The position numbers and the translations under genes are program-made. Below the pieces are notes generated by a model. The model searched no databases. It worked only from the letters and a program-made list of their open reading frames with translations, and was not told the origin of the DNA. 55,440 bases of DNA, taken from an uncultured virus (IMG/VR IMGVR_UViG_3300042295_000410). Its lineage: Duplodnaviria; Heunggongvirae; Uroviricota; Caudoviricetes. Location of the stretch: the IMG/VR virus record IMGVR_UViG_3300042295_000410; one strand, written 5' to 3'. This document shows, in pieces, positions 10,945 to 20,519 of this stretch. Numbering within the stretch: position 1 is the first letter of the stretch; each line of letters opens with the position of its first letter.

Positions 10945-11412
10945 ATGGCGATATATTCTATTACCCCGGACATTATAGAAGTCGATGAAGGCGGCAGTGT
11001 TGTTTTTACGGTTGATGTAACTGACGGTTCTACTAGTACATACGGTGTTACTATTAAATCAGGAACCAGTACATTTGCTAATGCAACAGACTTTTCTGAT
11101 GTTTTTGGGCTTTGGGGAGACATTACATTACCGGATAGTTTATTATCCGGTGTAGTTACCTTTACCAAAACAATGTCGACAAACACTACTACACCACCTG
11201 AAGGTCCAGAATTTTTCATCGTCCAATTAAGAGAAAATAACACTTCGGGCGCAGTATTAGCCGTAACTCAAAACATTGTCATTGTAGATACCCCTATTAG
11301 CATTGATCCAGATAACGGTATGATAGGTGCTGTATCCAATGATAATAGTAAGCCTGCATTTTATTTTAACGGTAACTGGTATAAGATAACCGGTACCGCT
11401 ATTCCATTGTAA
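10945..11412 (+). CDS. Ig/Calx-beta-like virion protein
   Basis: VDEGGSVVFTV and EGPEFFIVQL patterns; TAAATA upstream. Confidence 0.5.
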   Translation: MAIYSITPDIIEVDEGGSVVFTVDVTDGSTSTYGVTIKSGTSTFANATDFSDVFGLWGDITLPDSLLSGVVTFTKTMSTNTTTPPEGPEFFIVQLRENNTSGAVLAVTQNIVIVDTPISIDPDNGMIGAVSNDNSKPAFYFNGNWYKITGTAIPL

Positions 11413-11421
11413 ACTAAACTT

Positions 11422-12249
11422 ATGCCTTATATTCCTGGTGGTGGTAGAATTAGCGATGTATATCGCAGCGGAAATGTGTATGTAAACAATGTTCCTGTCG
11501 CCTTGTGGCTTGCACCCGGGGGCAGTTCTGCCTTTGCAGGTGTAAGTGCATCTAGTGCAATAACAATTCCGCCTGATGTAGAAGTTGCTATTGCAACTCA
11601 GACAAACGATCTTGTTGCGGCGCAGATAGCAAACCCTTCCGGACAAAATCAATATTATACTCCAGAGGCAGCAGTTGACGGAGTAAAAGGAAATTACGCA
11701 CCTATTGAAGACCAAACATTCAATACAGGTACAGTTAGCACATCGACTTCAGCATCCGATATCGTTCCGTTCTTGCAACGCACTATGGAAGAAGCAGGTC
11801 GAGGTATGTGGAGAGAAACTGGTCAGGCCGGAGGCGTTAGTAATAAAAATATTACAGGTATATGGTCCAATCTAGGATACCCTAATTCAGGACCGTGGGT
11901 CAGTGATCAAACTGCATGGTGCATGGGTTTCATAAACTTTGGATTAAAGTGTTCAGGATACAAATATGTCCAGACTGCAAGTGCAGCCGCAATAACAACC
12001 ACACCCGAACGTTGGGGTGCAGTGCAGGTACCTAAAGATCAAGCACAGCCAGGTGATATTGCATTTTGGAGTTATAGGCACGTAAACTTTGTCTACACGG
12101 CTAACAATGGAAAGTTTACTTTTGTTGGCGGGAATCAAAGTCCAAAAGCAAGTAATAATCCAAATGATGGCGATGTTACAATTTCATACCCGGGTGGTAC
12201 AGCGGCAAGTAATCCAAGTTGGGTAAGTTGCTGGAGAATTACCAAATAA
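11422..12249 (+). CDS. putative baseplate peptidoglycan hydrolase (C-terminal CHAP/NlpC-like, TIGR02594-type)
   Basis: TAWCMGF (Cys), PGDIAF, HVNFV (His), GGNQ motifs. Confidence 0.7.
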   Translation: MPYIPGGGRISDVYRSGNVYVNNVPVALWLAPGGSSAFAGVSASSAITIPPDVEVAIATQTNDLVAAQIANPSGQNQYYTPEAAVDGVKGNYAPIEDQTFNTGTVSTSTSASDIVPFLQRTMEEAGRGMWRETGQAGGVSNKNITGIWSNLGYPNSGPWVSDQTAWCMGFINFGLKCSGYKYVQTASAAAITTTPERWGAVQVPKDQAQPGDIAFWSYRHVNFVYTANNGKFTFVGGNQSPKASNNPNDGDVTISYPGGTAASNPSWVSCWRITK

Positions 12250-12253
12250 TCGG

Positions 12254-12282
12254 TTGACAAACTGGTAAAATCACAGTATAAT
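12254..12282 (+). promoter_or_regulatory. sigma70 promoter
   Basis: TTGACA-17-TATAAT. Confidence 0.85.
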
Positions 12283-12302
12283 ATAAACAAGTAGGAAGCA
12301 GT

Positions 12303-12512
12303 ATGCAGGGAAAAGTTAAATGGTTTAATAATTCAAAAGGTTTTGGATTTATCGTTCCAGATGGTACAACTGATGATGTGTTTGCACACTTTAGTCAAAT
12401 CCAAATGGAAGGATATAAGACACTGGCAGTTGGACAAGAAGTAGAATTTGATCTAACTGAAGGTGACAAAGGTAAGCAAGCTCAAAATATTCGATCAACT
12501 AAGAAAGTTTAA
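12303..12512 (+). CDS. csp: cold-shock domain protein
   Basis: [22 protein letters not shown]. Confidence 0.95.
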   Translation: MQGKVKWFNNSKGFGFIVPDGTTDDVFAHFSQIQMEGYKTLAVGQEVEFDLTEGDKGKQAQNIRSTKKV

Positions 12513-12513
12513 A

Positions 12514-12660
12514 ATGTACACATACGAAGTTTGGATCCGACTTAACGCATATCAAACCGCACACGTTCGCGTAAATGCTAACGATGACCTGCAGGCCAAG
12601 ATGCTTGCAGAAGCACAGTACGGTTCAGGTAACGTGTTAAACTGGACCCGAATTGGCTGA
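12514..12660 (+). CDS. small hypothetical protein
   Basis: 48 aa from MYTYEVW, starting 1 nt after the csp stop. Confidence 0.6.
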   Translation: MYTYEVWIRLNAYQTAHVRVNANDDLQAKMLAEAQYGSGNVLNWTRIG

Positions 12661-13144
12661 TGAACGTTCAAATCTTGCCAAAGGAAGAACCAGTTATGAT
12701 TCTACATCTACTGGTTCGTTAATTCCGTTCTTCAATAGAAACGTCAGTGAATATCCCACAGAAGCAGGCGGTATCAAATTTGACCTAGTTCCCGTAACTA
12801 AGCAAAAAGATATCATGATCAACCATGCTAGGATATATGCCCAGCAAGAATATGATCGGATTATGCAGTTAGTATCTGTACTTGAAACACAAGCCCAGCA
12901 GATCAAACGACGGTTAGAAATAACTGACGCAGTACATGCCGCTGAATATCAATTCAGCCCTGTGCTAGGACAATCATACTGGTTAACTTGGGACAAGAGG
13001 AAATCAAAAACATTGTTAGTGTTTCAGGGACCGGATGGATGGTCAAGTAGTGCTCCTGAAGATTATGAATATATTGCTCACGTAAAATATATGGGTGATC
13101 ATACTTGGATGGAACTTGACAGTCAAGGCAATCCTGTTGTATAA
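12653..13144 (+). CDS. DUF2452-like protein
   Basis: VHAAEYQFSPVLGQSYWL and GDHTW motifs. Confidence 0.55.
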   Translation: MADERSNLAKGRTSYDSTSTGSLIPFFNRNVSEYPTEAGGIKFDLVPVTKQKDIMINHARIYAQQEYDRIMQLVSVLETQAQQIKRRLEITDAVHAAEYQFSPVLGQSYWLTWDKRKSKTLLVFQGPDGWSSSAPEDYEYIAHVKYMGDHTWMELDSQGNPVV

Positions 13145-13150
13145 TAAATA

Positions 13151-13245
13151 ATAGACTTTCGCAGGGGCAAGTTTGCGTAGCAGATATGCAGTAGGTGAGA
13201 TTCCTGCAGGCTTAGCAGAGGCCAAACACACCCTGGGAAGTCTGT
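13151..13245 (+). ncRNA. unidentified structured RNA upstream of tmRNA
   Basis: 10-bp closing stem ATAGACTTTC/GGAAGTCTGT, inner CAGGG/CCCTG, GTTTG/CAAAC and GTAGG-TGAGATT-CCTGC hairpin; TAAATA just upstream. Confidence 0.5.
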
Positions 13246-13254
13246 TAAAAGTTA

Positions 13255-13569
13255 AGACTGTATGAAGTAGACAGAAAAGGATTCAAGACGCGGGGGCAGT
13301 GCCCGCCAGGTCCACCATAAAACATATTTCCGACAGTAGGCGGAGGTGACAATGTCCATTCGGGTGAGTATGTTTTATAATGGGCCTGACACAGGATCGA
13401 TTGGGTCAAGAGTATTGAAATGGACAGTCCGGCAATGTAGAAGCCGTTAGGATTGGGGTGACCCGGTCGCAGAAGCAAAAAACCTAAATGCAAACGATGC
13501 ATACTTTGGAGAAGACCGCCTAGCAGCGTGATCTCCACGAGGTAGTTATACCTTGTCACCCAAAATAGC
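13255..13569 (+). ncRNA. ssrA: circularly permuted (two-piece) tmRNA; tag ANDAYFGEDRLAA
   Basis: 3' acceptor piece GCGGG-GGCAGTG-CCCGC-CAGGTCC-A-CCA (13290-13317) precedes 5' end GGGCCTG (13382) giving G3:U70; tag frame 13490-13531; outer ends approximate. Confidence 0.9.
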
Positions 13570-13596
13570 AGAACCCGCTTCGGCGGGTTTCTTTTT
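13570..13596 (+). terminator. intrinsic terminator
   Basis: AACCCGC-TTCG-GCGGGTT plus U tract. Confidence 0.9.
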
Positions 13597-13614
13597 GGCA
13601 AAAATTTCTTAAAA

Positions 13615-13632
13615 TTGTAATCATATTGTAAT
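13615..13632 (+). promoter_or_regulatory. Pho-box-like direct repeat
   Basis: TTGTAAT-CATA-TTGTAAT, 11-bp period, upstream of pstS. Confidence 0.6.
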
Positions 13633-13678
13633 CGTTTTGTGTTTAAATATTAATATCACAAACACAAGGAGACTTACA

Positions 13679-14683
13679 GTGAAAAAATTATTTGCTATTC
13701 TATTTGCAGCCGTAGCAGTGTCAGCACAAGCCGCAGACATTACAGGTGCCGGAGCTACCTTCCCATTCCCAATCTATGCCAAGTGGGCTGAAGGCTACAA
13801 AAAAGCCACAGGTACAGGCATGAACTATCAAAGCATCGGAAGTTCGGGTGGCATTCGTCAAATCAATGCAAAGACCGTTGACTTTGGTGCAACAGATGCT
13901 CCGGTAAGCGGTGAGAACTTGGACAAGAACGGACAGGTTCAATTTCCTGCTATCATTGGCGGCACAGTTCCTGTGGTAAACTTAGACGGATTCAAACCCG
14001 GAGAACTACGCATCACTGGTCCAGTTATGGCTGAAGTGTTTATGGGCAACATCACCAAGTGGAATGACCCTAAACTGGCTGCATTAAATCCAGGCAAGAA
14101 CCTACCTAACGAGAACATCACCATTGTTCATCGTGCTGATGGTTCAGGTACAACATTCAACTGGACCGATTACTTGGCCACAGTAAGCCCTGAGTGGCTA
14201 CAACGTGTGGGTCGTGGCGCCGCAGTCAAGTGGCCAGCAGCCACTTCAGTAGGTGGCAAGGGCAATGAAGGTGTTGCTGCCAATGTGAACAGAATCAAAG
14301 GTTCAATTGGTTATGTAGAGTATGCTTATGTTAAGAAAAACAACATGACATTCCTGCAACTACAAAACAAGAGTGGCAAGTATGTAAGCCCGGACGACTT
14401 GACATTTGCTGCCGCAGCAGATGGTGCTGATTGGTTCAGTGTTCCAGGTATGGGACTTAGCATCGTGGATCAAAAGAATCCCAATGCATGGCCAGTGAGT
14501 TCAGCAAGTTTTATCATCATGTACAAAACTCCTGCTAACAAAGCTACTAGTGACGAAGTATTAAAGTTCTTTGATTGGGCATTCAAGAATGGTAAGAAAG
14601 ATGCTGCCGACCTAGACTATGTGGCATTGCCTGACAGCTTGACAAAGCAGATCCGTGAACGTGTTTGGACACAGATCAAATAA
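13679..14683 (+). CDS. pstS: phosphate ABC transporter substrate-binding protein
   Basis: GTG start after AGGAG; signal peptide; GAGATFP, YQSIGSSGG, RADGSGTT. Confidence 0.96.
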   Translation: MKKLFAILFAAVAVSAQAADITGAGATFPFPIYAKWAEGYKKATGTGMNYQSIGSSGGIRQINAKTVDFGATDAPVSGENLDKNGQVQFPAIIGGTVPVVNLDGFKPGELRITGPVMAEVFMGNITKWNDPKLAALNPGKNLPNENITIVHRADGSGTTFNWTDYLATVSPEWLQRVGRGAAVKWPAATSVGGKGNEGVAANVNRIKGSIGYVEYAYVKKNNMTFLQLQNKSGKYVSPDDLTFAAAADGADWFSVPGMGLSIVDQKNPNAWPVSSASFIIMYKTPANKATSDEVLKFFDWAFKNGKKDAADLDYVALPDSLTKQIRERVWTQIK

Positions 14684-14730
14684 GATACTCGCCGGCTGAC
14701 GGCGTATAATGTGATAAGTAGTCAGCACTG

Positions 14731-14753
14731 GCACCTTCGGGTGCTTTTCTTTT
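14731..14753 (+). terminator. intrinsic terminator
   Basis: GCACC-TTCG-GGTGC plus U tract. Confidence 0.85.
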
Positions 14754-14796
14754 GGTAAAATTTTCGGTTGCAATAAAACCAGTTTTGTTGTATAGT
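14751..14796 (+). promoter_or_regulatory. sigma70 promoter with upstream TTTGG box
   Basis: TTTGGTAAAA, 7 nt, TTGCAA-17-TATAGT. Confidence 0.65.
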
Positions 14797-14826
14797 AGTG
14801 CATAGACATACACATTAGGAGGTTCT

Positions 14827-15159
14827 ATGAATAATGCTGAACATACACTTACACAATTGAAACTTTGGTGCATTGCCCAATCTAAAGATGAACAGATTTG
14901 GTTTAATAAAGATACTACATATCAATGGAACAGAGGCAAGGATACCGCAACTGGATTGATTAACGGTGTAGTACGAAAGTTAGCAGGTATTGACCCAGCT
15001 GGCAAACAAATTTGGGTAGTAGCCGGTTCGCTTAAAATTAATCCCAATGGTACTGTAGCACGATTTACAGGTATCCCTAGCAAGGTTCAAAAGACATTTG
15101 AGTCACATGCATCAAATACTGCCAATCCTATCAACTTCCCTCAAACTGAGCTTGCATAA
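14827..15159 (+). CDS. hypothetical protein
   Basis: 110 aa, AGGAGG SD. Confidence 0.8.
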   Translation: MNNAEHTLTQLKLWCIAQSKDEQIWFNKDTTYQWNRGKDTATGLINGVVRKLAGIDPAGKQIWVVAGSLKINPNGTVARFTGIPSKVQKTFESHASNTANPINFPQTELA

Positions 15160-15551
15160 TGTCAATGCATCTGCATCACCCTAGCCTTAGTCTTAACGGC
15201 AAGAAGAAGGGCAAAGTCAAATTCCGTAATGCTGAAGAAGCACGTAAGGCACGTGAGCTCGATGAGCAATGGAACACCCTCCAAAAGAAATGGGGAGTAG
15301 AGGCAGAGGACAAAAAGCGTAAACGAGCAATGAGTGCAGAGACATTGTCATATTCATTACCGACACCTGTTGGTAGGACAAATACTCATCACATCAAAAG
15401 TTTAAATTCCGGAGCAGGCGTTGCCGCACTGGCACCAGCTAAGGTCTATACAGGCACTAAAATTAAAGGTATCGGTACTATGCATAAGAGCAATGCTGTG
15501 CCTATTTTTAGCGATGAGGAAGCTGTGGCCATTGCCAACATGCGTCGATAA
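15159..15551 (+). CDS. conserved basic phage protein
   Basis: KVYTG..IKGIGTMHKSNAVP motif typical of T4-like phage hypothetical proteins. Confidence 0.75.
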   Translation: MSMHLHHPSLSLNGKKKGKVKFRNAEEARKARELDEQWNTLQKKWGVEAEDKKRKRAMSAETLSYSLPTPVGRTNTHHIKSLNSGAGVAALAPAKVYTGTKIKGIGTMHKSNAVPIFSDEEAVAIANMRR

Positions 15552-15560
15552 ATATCATCT

Positions 15561-16835
15561 ATGCCTGTAACATTAAATGAAAAACTAATAGCCTATCTTG
15601 CACTGTTTAGCGGTCTCGCTATCAGCCTAGTCGCCGAATTCTACAGTATCATCGGCTTTACTGCAATCTTTGCCGCCGCCCAAATTCCCGTAATCATTAT
15701 GGGCATTGTATTGGGCATTGGTAAGATTGCTGCTACTCTTTGGCTCAAACAAAATTGGAAAATTGCACACTGGTTAGTTAGAACATACCTGCTGACTGCC
15801 ATTGCTGTTCTCATGGGCGTTACTTCGATGGGAATTTTTGGATTCCTCAGCCAGGCTCACAGTGACCAAAGTTTAGTGTCGGGTGACGTGCAGAGTAAGA
15901 TTGCAGTCTACGATGAAAAGATAAAAACCGCAAAGGAAAATATAGATGCAAACCGTAAGGCGCTTAAACAGATGGATGAGGCTGTGGACCAAGTCATGGC
16001 AAGAAGCAGTTCGGAAACGGGTGCCGACAAGGCAGTTGCTATACGCCGCGCACAACAAAAAGAGCGTGCCCGCCTTCAATCTGAGATCCAAGCCGAACAG
16101 AAAACTATTACCTCTATTAGCGAAGAACGTGCGCCAATTGCAGCCGAAGTACGCAAGGTTGAAGCAGAAGTTGGTCCGATAAAATATATTGCACAGTTTG
16201 TCTACGGTGAAACAGATCCTACAATTTTGGAAAAAGCAGTTACATGGGTAATTATTGTTCTTATTGTGGTATTTGATCCGTTGGCAGTTATCTTATTGTT
16301 AGCTAGTCAGATCAGTTTCCAGAATTTCCGTGACCGTAAAAAGGAATTAGTGGAGGGTAACAGCCCCGGAGGGACCACCGAGGTCGTAGACCCAGAGCCG
16401 CCTACTGTTACAGAACAACAAGAGACTACGGAGGGTGACAGCCCAACAGGTCCGATTGATGACGTAGTCTCCACGGCAACCACTGTCACATCTATTTTAG
16501 CACACCATCCTTATCTGTTAGAGCCGTTTGTACATTTCAAAGATCTAGCACCTATGGTGTATAAGCCCGAACTAGAAAGAATGAATGATCGCTCAGCAGT
16601 TGCGCCCGAAACAGAATTACAGGTTCTAGAAGAACCGCTATTTGTTCAAAACGAAGAACAGTCAAATAGTGGCCTATGGACTAAAACAGCTAAAGCTATT
16701 AGTCAGGAAGAATATACAGAAATTAGCAGACAGGAAGCAACACTTAACGAGTGGTTGACAAAACTTAGAAACAAAGAAATTACAATGGCAGATATTCCAG
16801 AACATCTTTTATTAGATATCAGAGCGAGAAGATAA
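15561..16835 (+). CDS. membrane protein with coiled-coil
   Basis: Three N-terminal hydrophobic helices, coiled-coil, FDPLAV helix. Confidence 0.75.
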   Translation: MPVTLNEKLIAYLALFSGLAISLVAEFYSIIGFTAIFAAAQIPVIIMGIVLGIGKIAATLWLKQNWKIAHWLVRTYLLTAIAVLMGVTSMGIFGFLSQAHSDQSLVSGDVQSKIAVYDEKIKTAKENIDANRKALKQMDEAVDQVMARSSSETGADKAVAIRRAQQKERARLQSEIQAEQKTITSISEERAPIAAEVRKVEAEVGPIKYIAQFVYGETDPTILEKAVTWVIIVLIVVFDPLAVILLLASQISFQNFRDRKKELVEGNSPGGTTEVVDPEPPTVTEQQETTEGDSPTGPIDDVVSTATTVTSILAHHPYLLEPFVHFKDLAPMVYKPELERMNDRSAVAPETELQVLEEPLFVQNEEQSNSGLWTKTAKAISQEEYTEISRQEATLNEWLTKLRNKEITMADIPEHLLLDIRARR

Positions 16836-17236
16836 TGAACGGAAAAATTACACTCATCACCCCTCCCGACATTTTTGAAAATGATTCGTATAGTGTACTG
16901 TTTATGCATCTAAGCGATTCCGATCAACAATTAGTTAGTAAATGGTTAGCTGAATCAGACATCGAAGAACATATTAATGTATACTTCTACGATCACGAAA
17001 TAGATTTACCTTGGCTCTTTCATGCGTTGGCTAGATGCGATTACAAATACATCGATCTCAACGAAGTTAATGATGTCACTCGATCACTCAGTGGATACAT
17101 TGTAGGGAAAAAGAATACATTCTATAAAGTTGATGATGAAAGCCTGTCCGCAGTTTATCACTACATAAACCAAGATCGGATAACTAATATTGAAACATTT
17201 TTAGAAAAGGCATTCAATGAACAAAACAGAAAGTGA
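16835..17236 (+). CDS. hypothetical protein
   Basis: 133 aa, translationally coupled. Confidence 0.7.
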   Translation: MNGKITLITPPDIFENDSYSVLFMHLSDSDQQLVSKWLAESDIEEHINVYFYDHEIDLPWLFHALARCDYKYIDLNEVNDVTRSLSGYIVGKKNTFYKVDDESLSAVYHYINQDRITNIETFLEKAFNEQNRK

Positions 17237-18446
17237 TCACTCTTGTGACTTCTGCGGAAAGAGCAAAGAAGATGTCGAGAAACTGATCGTAGGTGAACAT
17301 GCGGCTATTTGTAACGAGTGCGTAGACCTTTGTGTCGATATACTAAAAGACAAAAAAGAAAAAGTTGCTGAACCTTCTAAACTTCTAAATCCTGTTGCTA
17401 TCAAAGACTATCTTGACGAGTACGTTATAGGACAGGATGATGCTAAAATTAGCCTTAGTGTTGCAGTTAGTCAGCATTACAAACGCATCAATAATCCTAG
17501 TAAAGATATTGAGCTCGAGAAAACCAACGTGTTATTGTTAGGACCCACGGGCTGCGGTAAGACCATGATGGCACGTAAAATTGCACAATATTTAGAATTA
17601 CCTTTTGCCATATGTGATGCCACAGGTATTACAGAAGCAGGTTATGTCGGTGATGATGTTGAGAGCATTTTAACAAGATTAATCAACGAAGCAGATGGTG
17701 ATCTTGATAAAGCGGCTCGTGGCATTGTCTACATTGACGAAATTGATAAAATTTCCAAGAAGGGCGAAAATGTTAGTATTAGCCGAGATGTTAGTGGAGA
17801 AGGTGTACAACAGGCCTTGTTGAAAATGATCGAGGGATCGATTATGCGAGTGCCATCGACTGGTAAACGAAAACATCCCGGAAGTGATATGCAGGAAATT
17901 GACACTAGGGGTATATTGTTTATATGCGGTGGAGCATTTGTAGGCTTGGACAAAATCATTAAACAGCGTAAGGGTGCAAAGTCAGTCGGATTCCATGCAA
18001 ATGTAGACAACATCGACGAAGACGCAAGTGTTCTACAAGACATCAGTACAAAAGATCTTATCAAATACGGTCTTATTCCCGAGTTTGTAGGACGATTTGG
18101 GCTTATTACTAATGTAGACGAATTGTCAGAGGATCAACTAGTCAATATCCTTACTGAAACTAAAAATAGCCCAGTTAAACAATATCAGTATATGTTTGAG
18201 TTAGATGGTATTAAATTAGAATTTGAAATTCAAGCTCTAAAAGAAATTGCCCGTAAAGCCAAAGATCTCAAAACTAATGCTAGGGGACTTAAAAACATCA
18301 TCGAAAAAACATTGCTGCCATATCAATTTGATGCAGTTGACTTAGTTGCTCGAGGTTTAACAGCTATTCGCATAAGTAAAGATACGATTGATGGCAAACC
18401 TGCCATAATGATTTTTGATAAAAAGAAAAATGAGCAAACAAAATAA
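17217..18446 (+). CDS. clpX: ATP-dependent Clp protease ATPase subunit ClpX
   Basis: C4 zinc finger, GPTGCGKT, TEAGYVG, DEIDKI, RDVSGEGVQQALLK, RKHP. Confidence 0.96.
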   Translation: MNKTESDHSCDFCGKSKEDVEKLIVGEHAAICNECVDLCVDILKDKKEKVAEPSKLLNPVAIKDYLDEYVIGQDDAKISLSVAVSQHYKRINNPSKDIELEKTNVLLLGPTGCGKTMMARKIAQYLELPFAICDATGITEAGYVGDDVESILTRLINEADGDLDKAARGIVYIDEIDKISKKGENVSISRDVSGEGVQQALLKMIEGSIMRVPSTGKRKHPGSDMQEIDTRGILFICGGAFVGLDKIIKQRKGAKSVGFHANVDNIDEDASVLQDISTKDLIKYGLIPEFVGRFGLITNVDELSEDQLVNILTETKNSPVKQYQYMFELDGIKLEFEIQALKEIARKAKDLKTNARGLKNIIEKTLLPYQFDAVDLVARGLTAIRISKDTIDGKPAIMIFDKKKNEQTK

Positions 18447-18663
18447 AGCAGTCGGTAATAAAGTTATCGTTGGCGACTTGCCATTAAATGTGGCATTAAG
18501 AAAATTCAAACAAAAGGTAGAAGATAGTGGAGTACTAGAAACACTCCGATCTAAAATGTTTTACGAAAAACCAACTACCGAAAGAAAGCGAAAAAAAGGC
18601 GCAGCTAAATCTCGTTGGCAAAAGAAACTACGCGATAACGAACTACCTAAAAAAATGTATTGA
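18430..18663 (+). CDS. rpsU: ribosomal protein bS21
   Basis: ALRKFKQKV...FYEKPTTERKRKK. Confidence 0.9.
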   Translation: MSKQNKAVGNKVIVGDLPLNVALRKFKQKVEDSGVLETLRSKMFYEKPTTERKRKKGAAKSRWQKKLRDNELPKKMY

Positions 18664-18688
18664 CAAAGATCATTAAGTGTGTTATACT
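18660..18688 (+). promoter_or_regulatory. sigma70 promoter (leaderless)
   Basis: TTGACA-17-TATACT, ATG 6 nt downstream. Confidence 0.8.
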
Positions 18689-18694
18689 TACAGT

Positions 18695-19225
18695 ATGGCA
18701 AAACACTTAATGATTGATATGGAGACTATGGCTGTCTCCCCAAACGCAGTTGTCCTTAGTTTAGGCGCTGTACACTTTAATCCCTGGGGCAACGGATATG
18801 GAGAGAAGATTTATTTCCGTGTTGACCTCGACGACCAAGATAAATTGGGTAGAGAAATTGACCCAAACACACTAGATTGGTGGAGTAAACAAGATCCGGT
18901 TATTATGGAAGAAGCCTTTAGTCCAGACAATCGAATTCCACTTGCGGATGCAATGGACCAGTTTCACAAGTTTGCTTGGGGATGTGATGCATTTTGGTCA
19001 CACGGTGCTACCTTTGACTTAGTAATTATCGAAAACATCTATCGCCAACTTGGTAAGCCGTTGCCGTGGAATTATTGGCAGTTACGCGACACTCGCACTC
19101 TGTTTGATCTAGGATTTGATCCGGACATGCCCAAAGGTGGGAAACACGATGCTCTGCAAGATGCTATCCGACAAGCAGTAGGTGTCCAAAATATCTACAG
19201 TAAAATGAAGATCCGTCCTAGATAA
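18695..19225 (+). CDS. DEDDh 3'-5' exonuclease (Rv2179c/ExoVIII-like)
   Basis: LMIDMET, WSHGATFD, RDTRT, HDALQDA. Confidence 0.85.
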   Translation: MAKHLMIDMETMAVSPNAVVLSLGAVHFNPWGNGYGEKIYFRVDLDDQDKLGREIDPNTLDWWSKQDPVIMEEAFSPDNRIPLADAMDQFHKFAWGCDAFWSHGATFDLVIIENIYRQLGKPLPWNYWQLRDTRTLFDLGFDPDMPKGGKHDALQDAIRQAVGVQNIYSKMKIRPR

Positions 19226-19271
19226 TTTGGATAAACCAGTTCTTGACAGGACTGGTTTTTTCTTGTATAAT
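19226..19271 (+). promoter_or_regulatory. sigma70 promoter with TTTGG box, -35 in loop of upstream terminator
   Basis: TTTGGATAAA; TTGACA(19243)-17-TATAAT; hairpin AAACCAGTTC/GGACTGGTTT + U tract. Confidence 0.85.
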
Positions 19272-19298
19272 AAAGACTTACACACAAAAGGATTTGAT

Positions 19299-20519
19299 AT
19301 GGCTTTTAATCAACATGCTGACCCTAAAGATAATTTTGGGCAAGACTTAATTCAAATTTTTGGACCACGCACTGCTCGAAAACATATTTCTAAACTCACT
19401 CCTGCTGAGAAAGAGGCTATTTTAGATAAAGTACCGGAATATGTAGAAACAGACGACCTTGGCCCACGTCCTAGCTTTTATCAGGTTGCAAACAAGATTC
19501 TGTTAATACTAAAGAATACCAAGGCACTAAATGGTATTGACCTTAACTGGTGTATGTCCTTGTCAAATGGGGGAATTTTCCGCGACCCTTCTCATTATAT
19601 TCACACTGCCAAGGCATATAAAAACAATTCTGTTCAGCGCGGCATTCAGTTACGCCATCTATTGCAGGACATCCTCTTTGAATTTGAGCCTAGTCATGTA
19701 TTAATGGGACTGGCTCGGCAGCTCAGTGACGGTACTTACAATCTTAATAATGGTCAACATCGAACACTTGCATGTATTATTATTGGGGTACGTGAAGTTC
19801 CGGTAGAATGGAAAGTTAGTGATTTTGAAAGTGTAGACGTTGACCTGTATGCAACAGACAATCTGCATACATTGTCTGCTAGCCCTTTTGACGAGTTTCG
19901 AATTAAGGTTCGACGAAATCAAGTACGTAAGGCAGAAGGTCGAACTGATTTAATTGCCGAAGATATCAAATGTGAACATGTGTTTGACATTCATGCTCGA
20001 TACGGAAGTCGATTTGTAGAAAAAGGTAAAGGCACGGATAATGTGTTACCAAAAGAATGTACAGGCGTGGGTAACATGCTAAAATACTACGATGTTTACG
20101 GAGCCGACATCTACGAACGTGCGGTGGGAATAGTATGTTCTATATTTGCCAAAGCACCGTTCTCTACTGCAAATGCGTGGGGAATTATGGAATACTTGCG
20201 TGAACAAGAAAACAACGGACCCATCTCTGATTCAATGGAGTTGGATTGGAACATTCAGGAAGCAATTACTTACAAGTACACAGATCCAGTTCGTAGTGGC
20301 ATGCACTTAGATATTAAAAAAGTATTTCGTGAGTTTTTGGAAAATAATGCTAAAGCCGGTAAGTTTCTAGACTGCTCCGAGCCAAGATATCTTGCGGCCG
20401 GTATTGGTAAATTGTGCAAAATTGTACATCCTACAATTAATTGGGCACCAATTAATTACAATGGACAAGATGTTGAAGTTGCACTTGCAGGATTTAAAGC
20501 AATTCCTAAGAAGCCATGA
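19299..20519 (+). CDS. ParB/Srx-like DGQHR-domain protein
   Basis: YNLNNGQHRTLA motif; AAGGA SD before ATG 19299. Confidence 0.6.
   Translation: MAFNQHADPKDNFGQDLIQIFGPRTARKHISKLTPAEKEAILDKVPEYVETDDLGPRPSFYQVANKILLILKNTKALNGIDLNWCMSLSNGGIFRDPSHYIHTAKAYKNNSVQRGIQLRHLLQDILFEFEPSHVLMGLARQLSDGTYNLNNGQHRTLACIIIGVREVPVEWKVSDFESVDVDLYATDNLHTLSASPFDEFRIKVRRNQVRKAEGRTDLIAEDIKCEHVFDIHARYGSRFVEKGKGTDNVLPKECTGVGNMLKYYDVYGADIYERAVGIVCSIFAKAPFSTANAWGIMEYLREQENNGPISDSMELDWNIQEAITYKYTDPVRSGMHLDIKKVFREFLENNAKAGKFLDCSEPRYLAAGIGKLCKIVHPTINWAPINYNGQDVEVALAGFKAIPKKP

Noticed and set aside
13245..13601. 118-aa minus-strand ORF
   Set aside because: Antisense shadow of the tmRNA gene; no SD or recognisable motif
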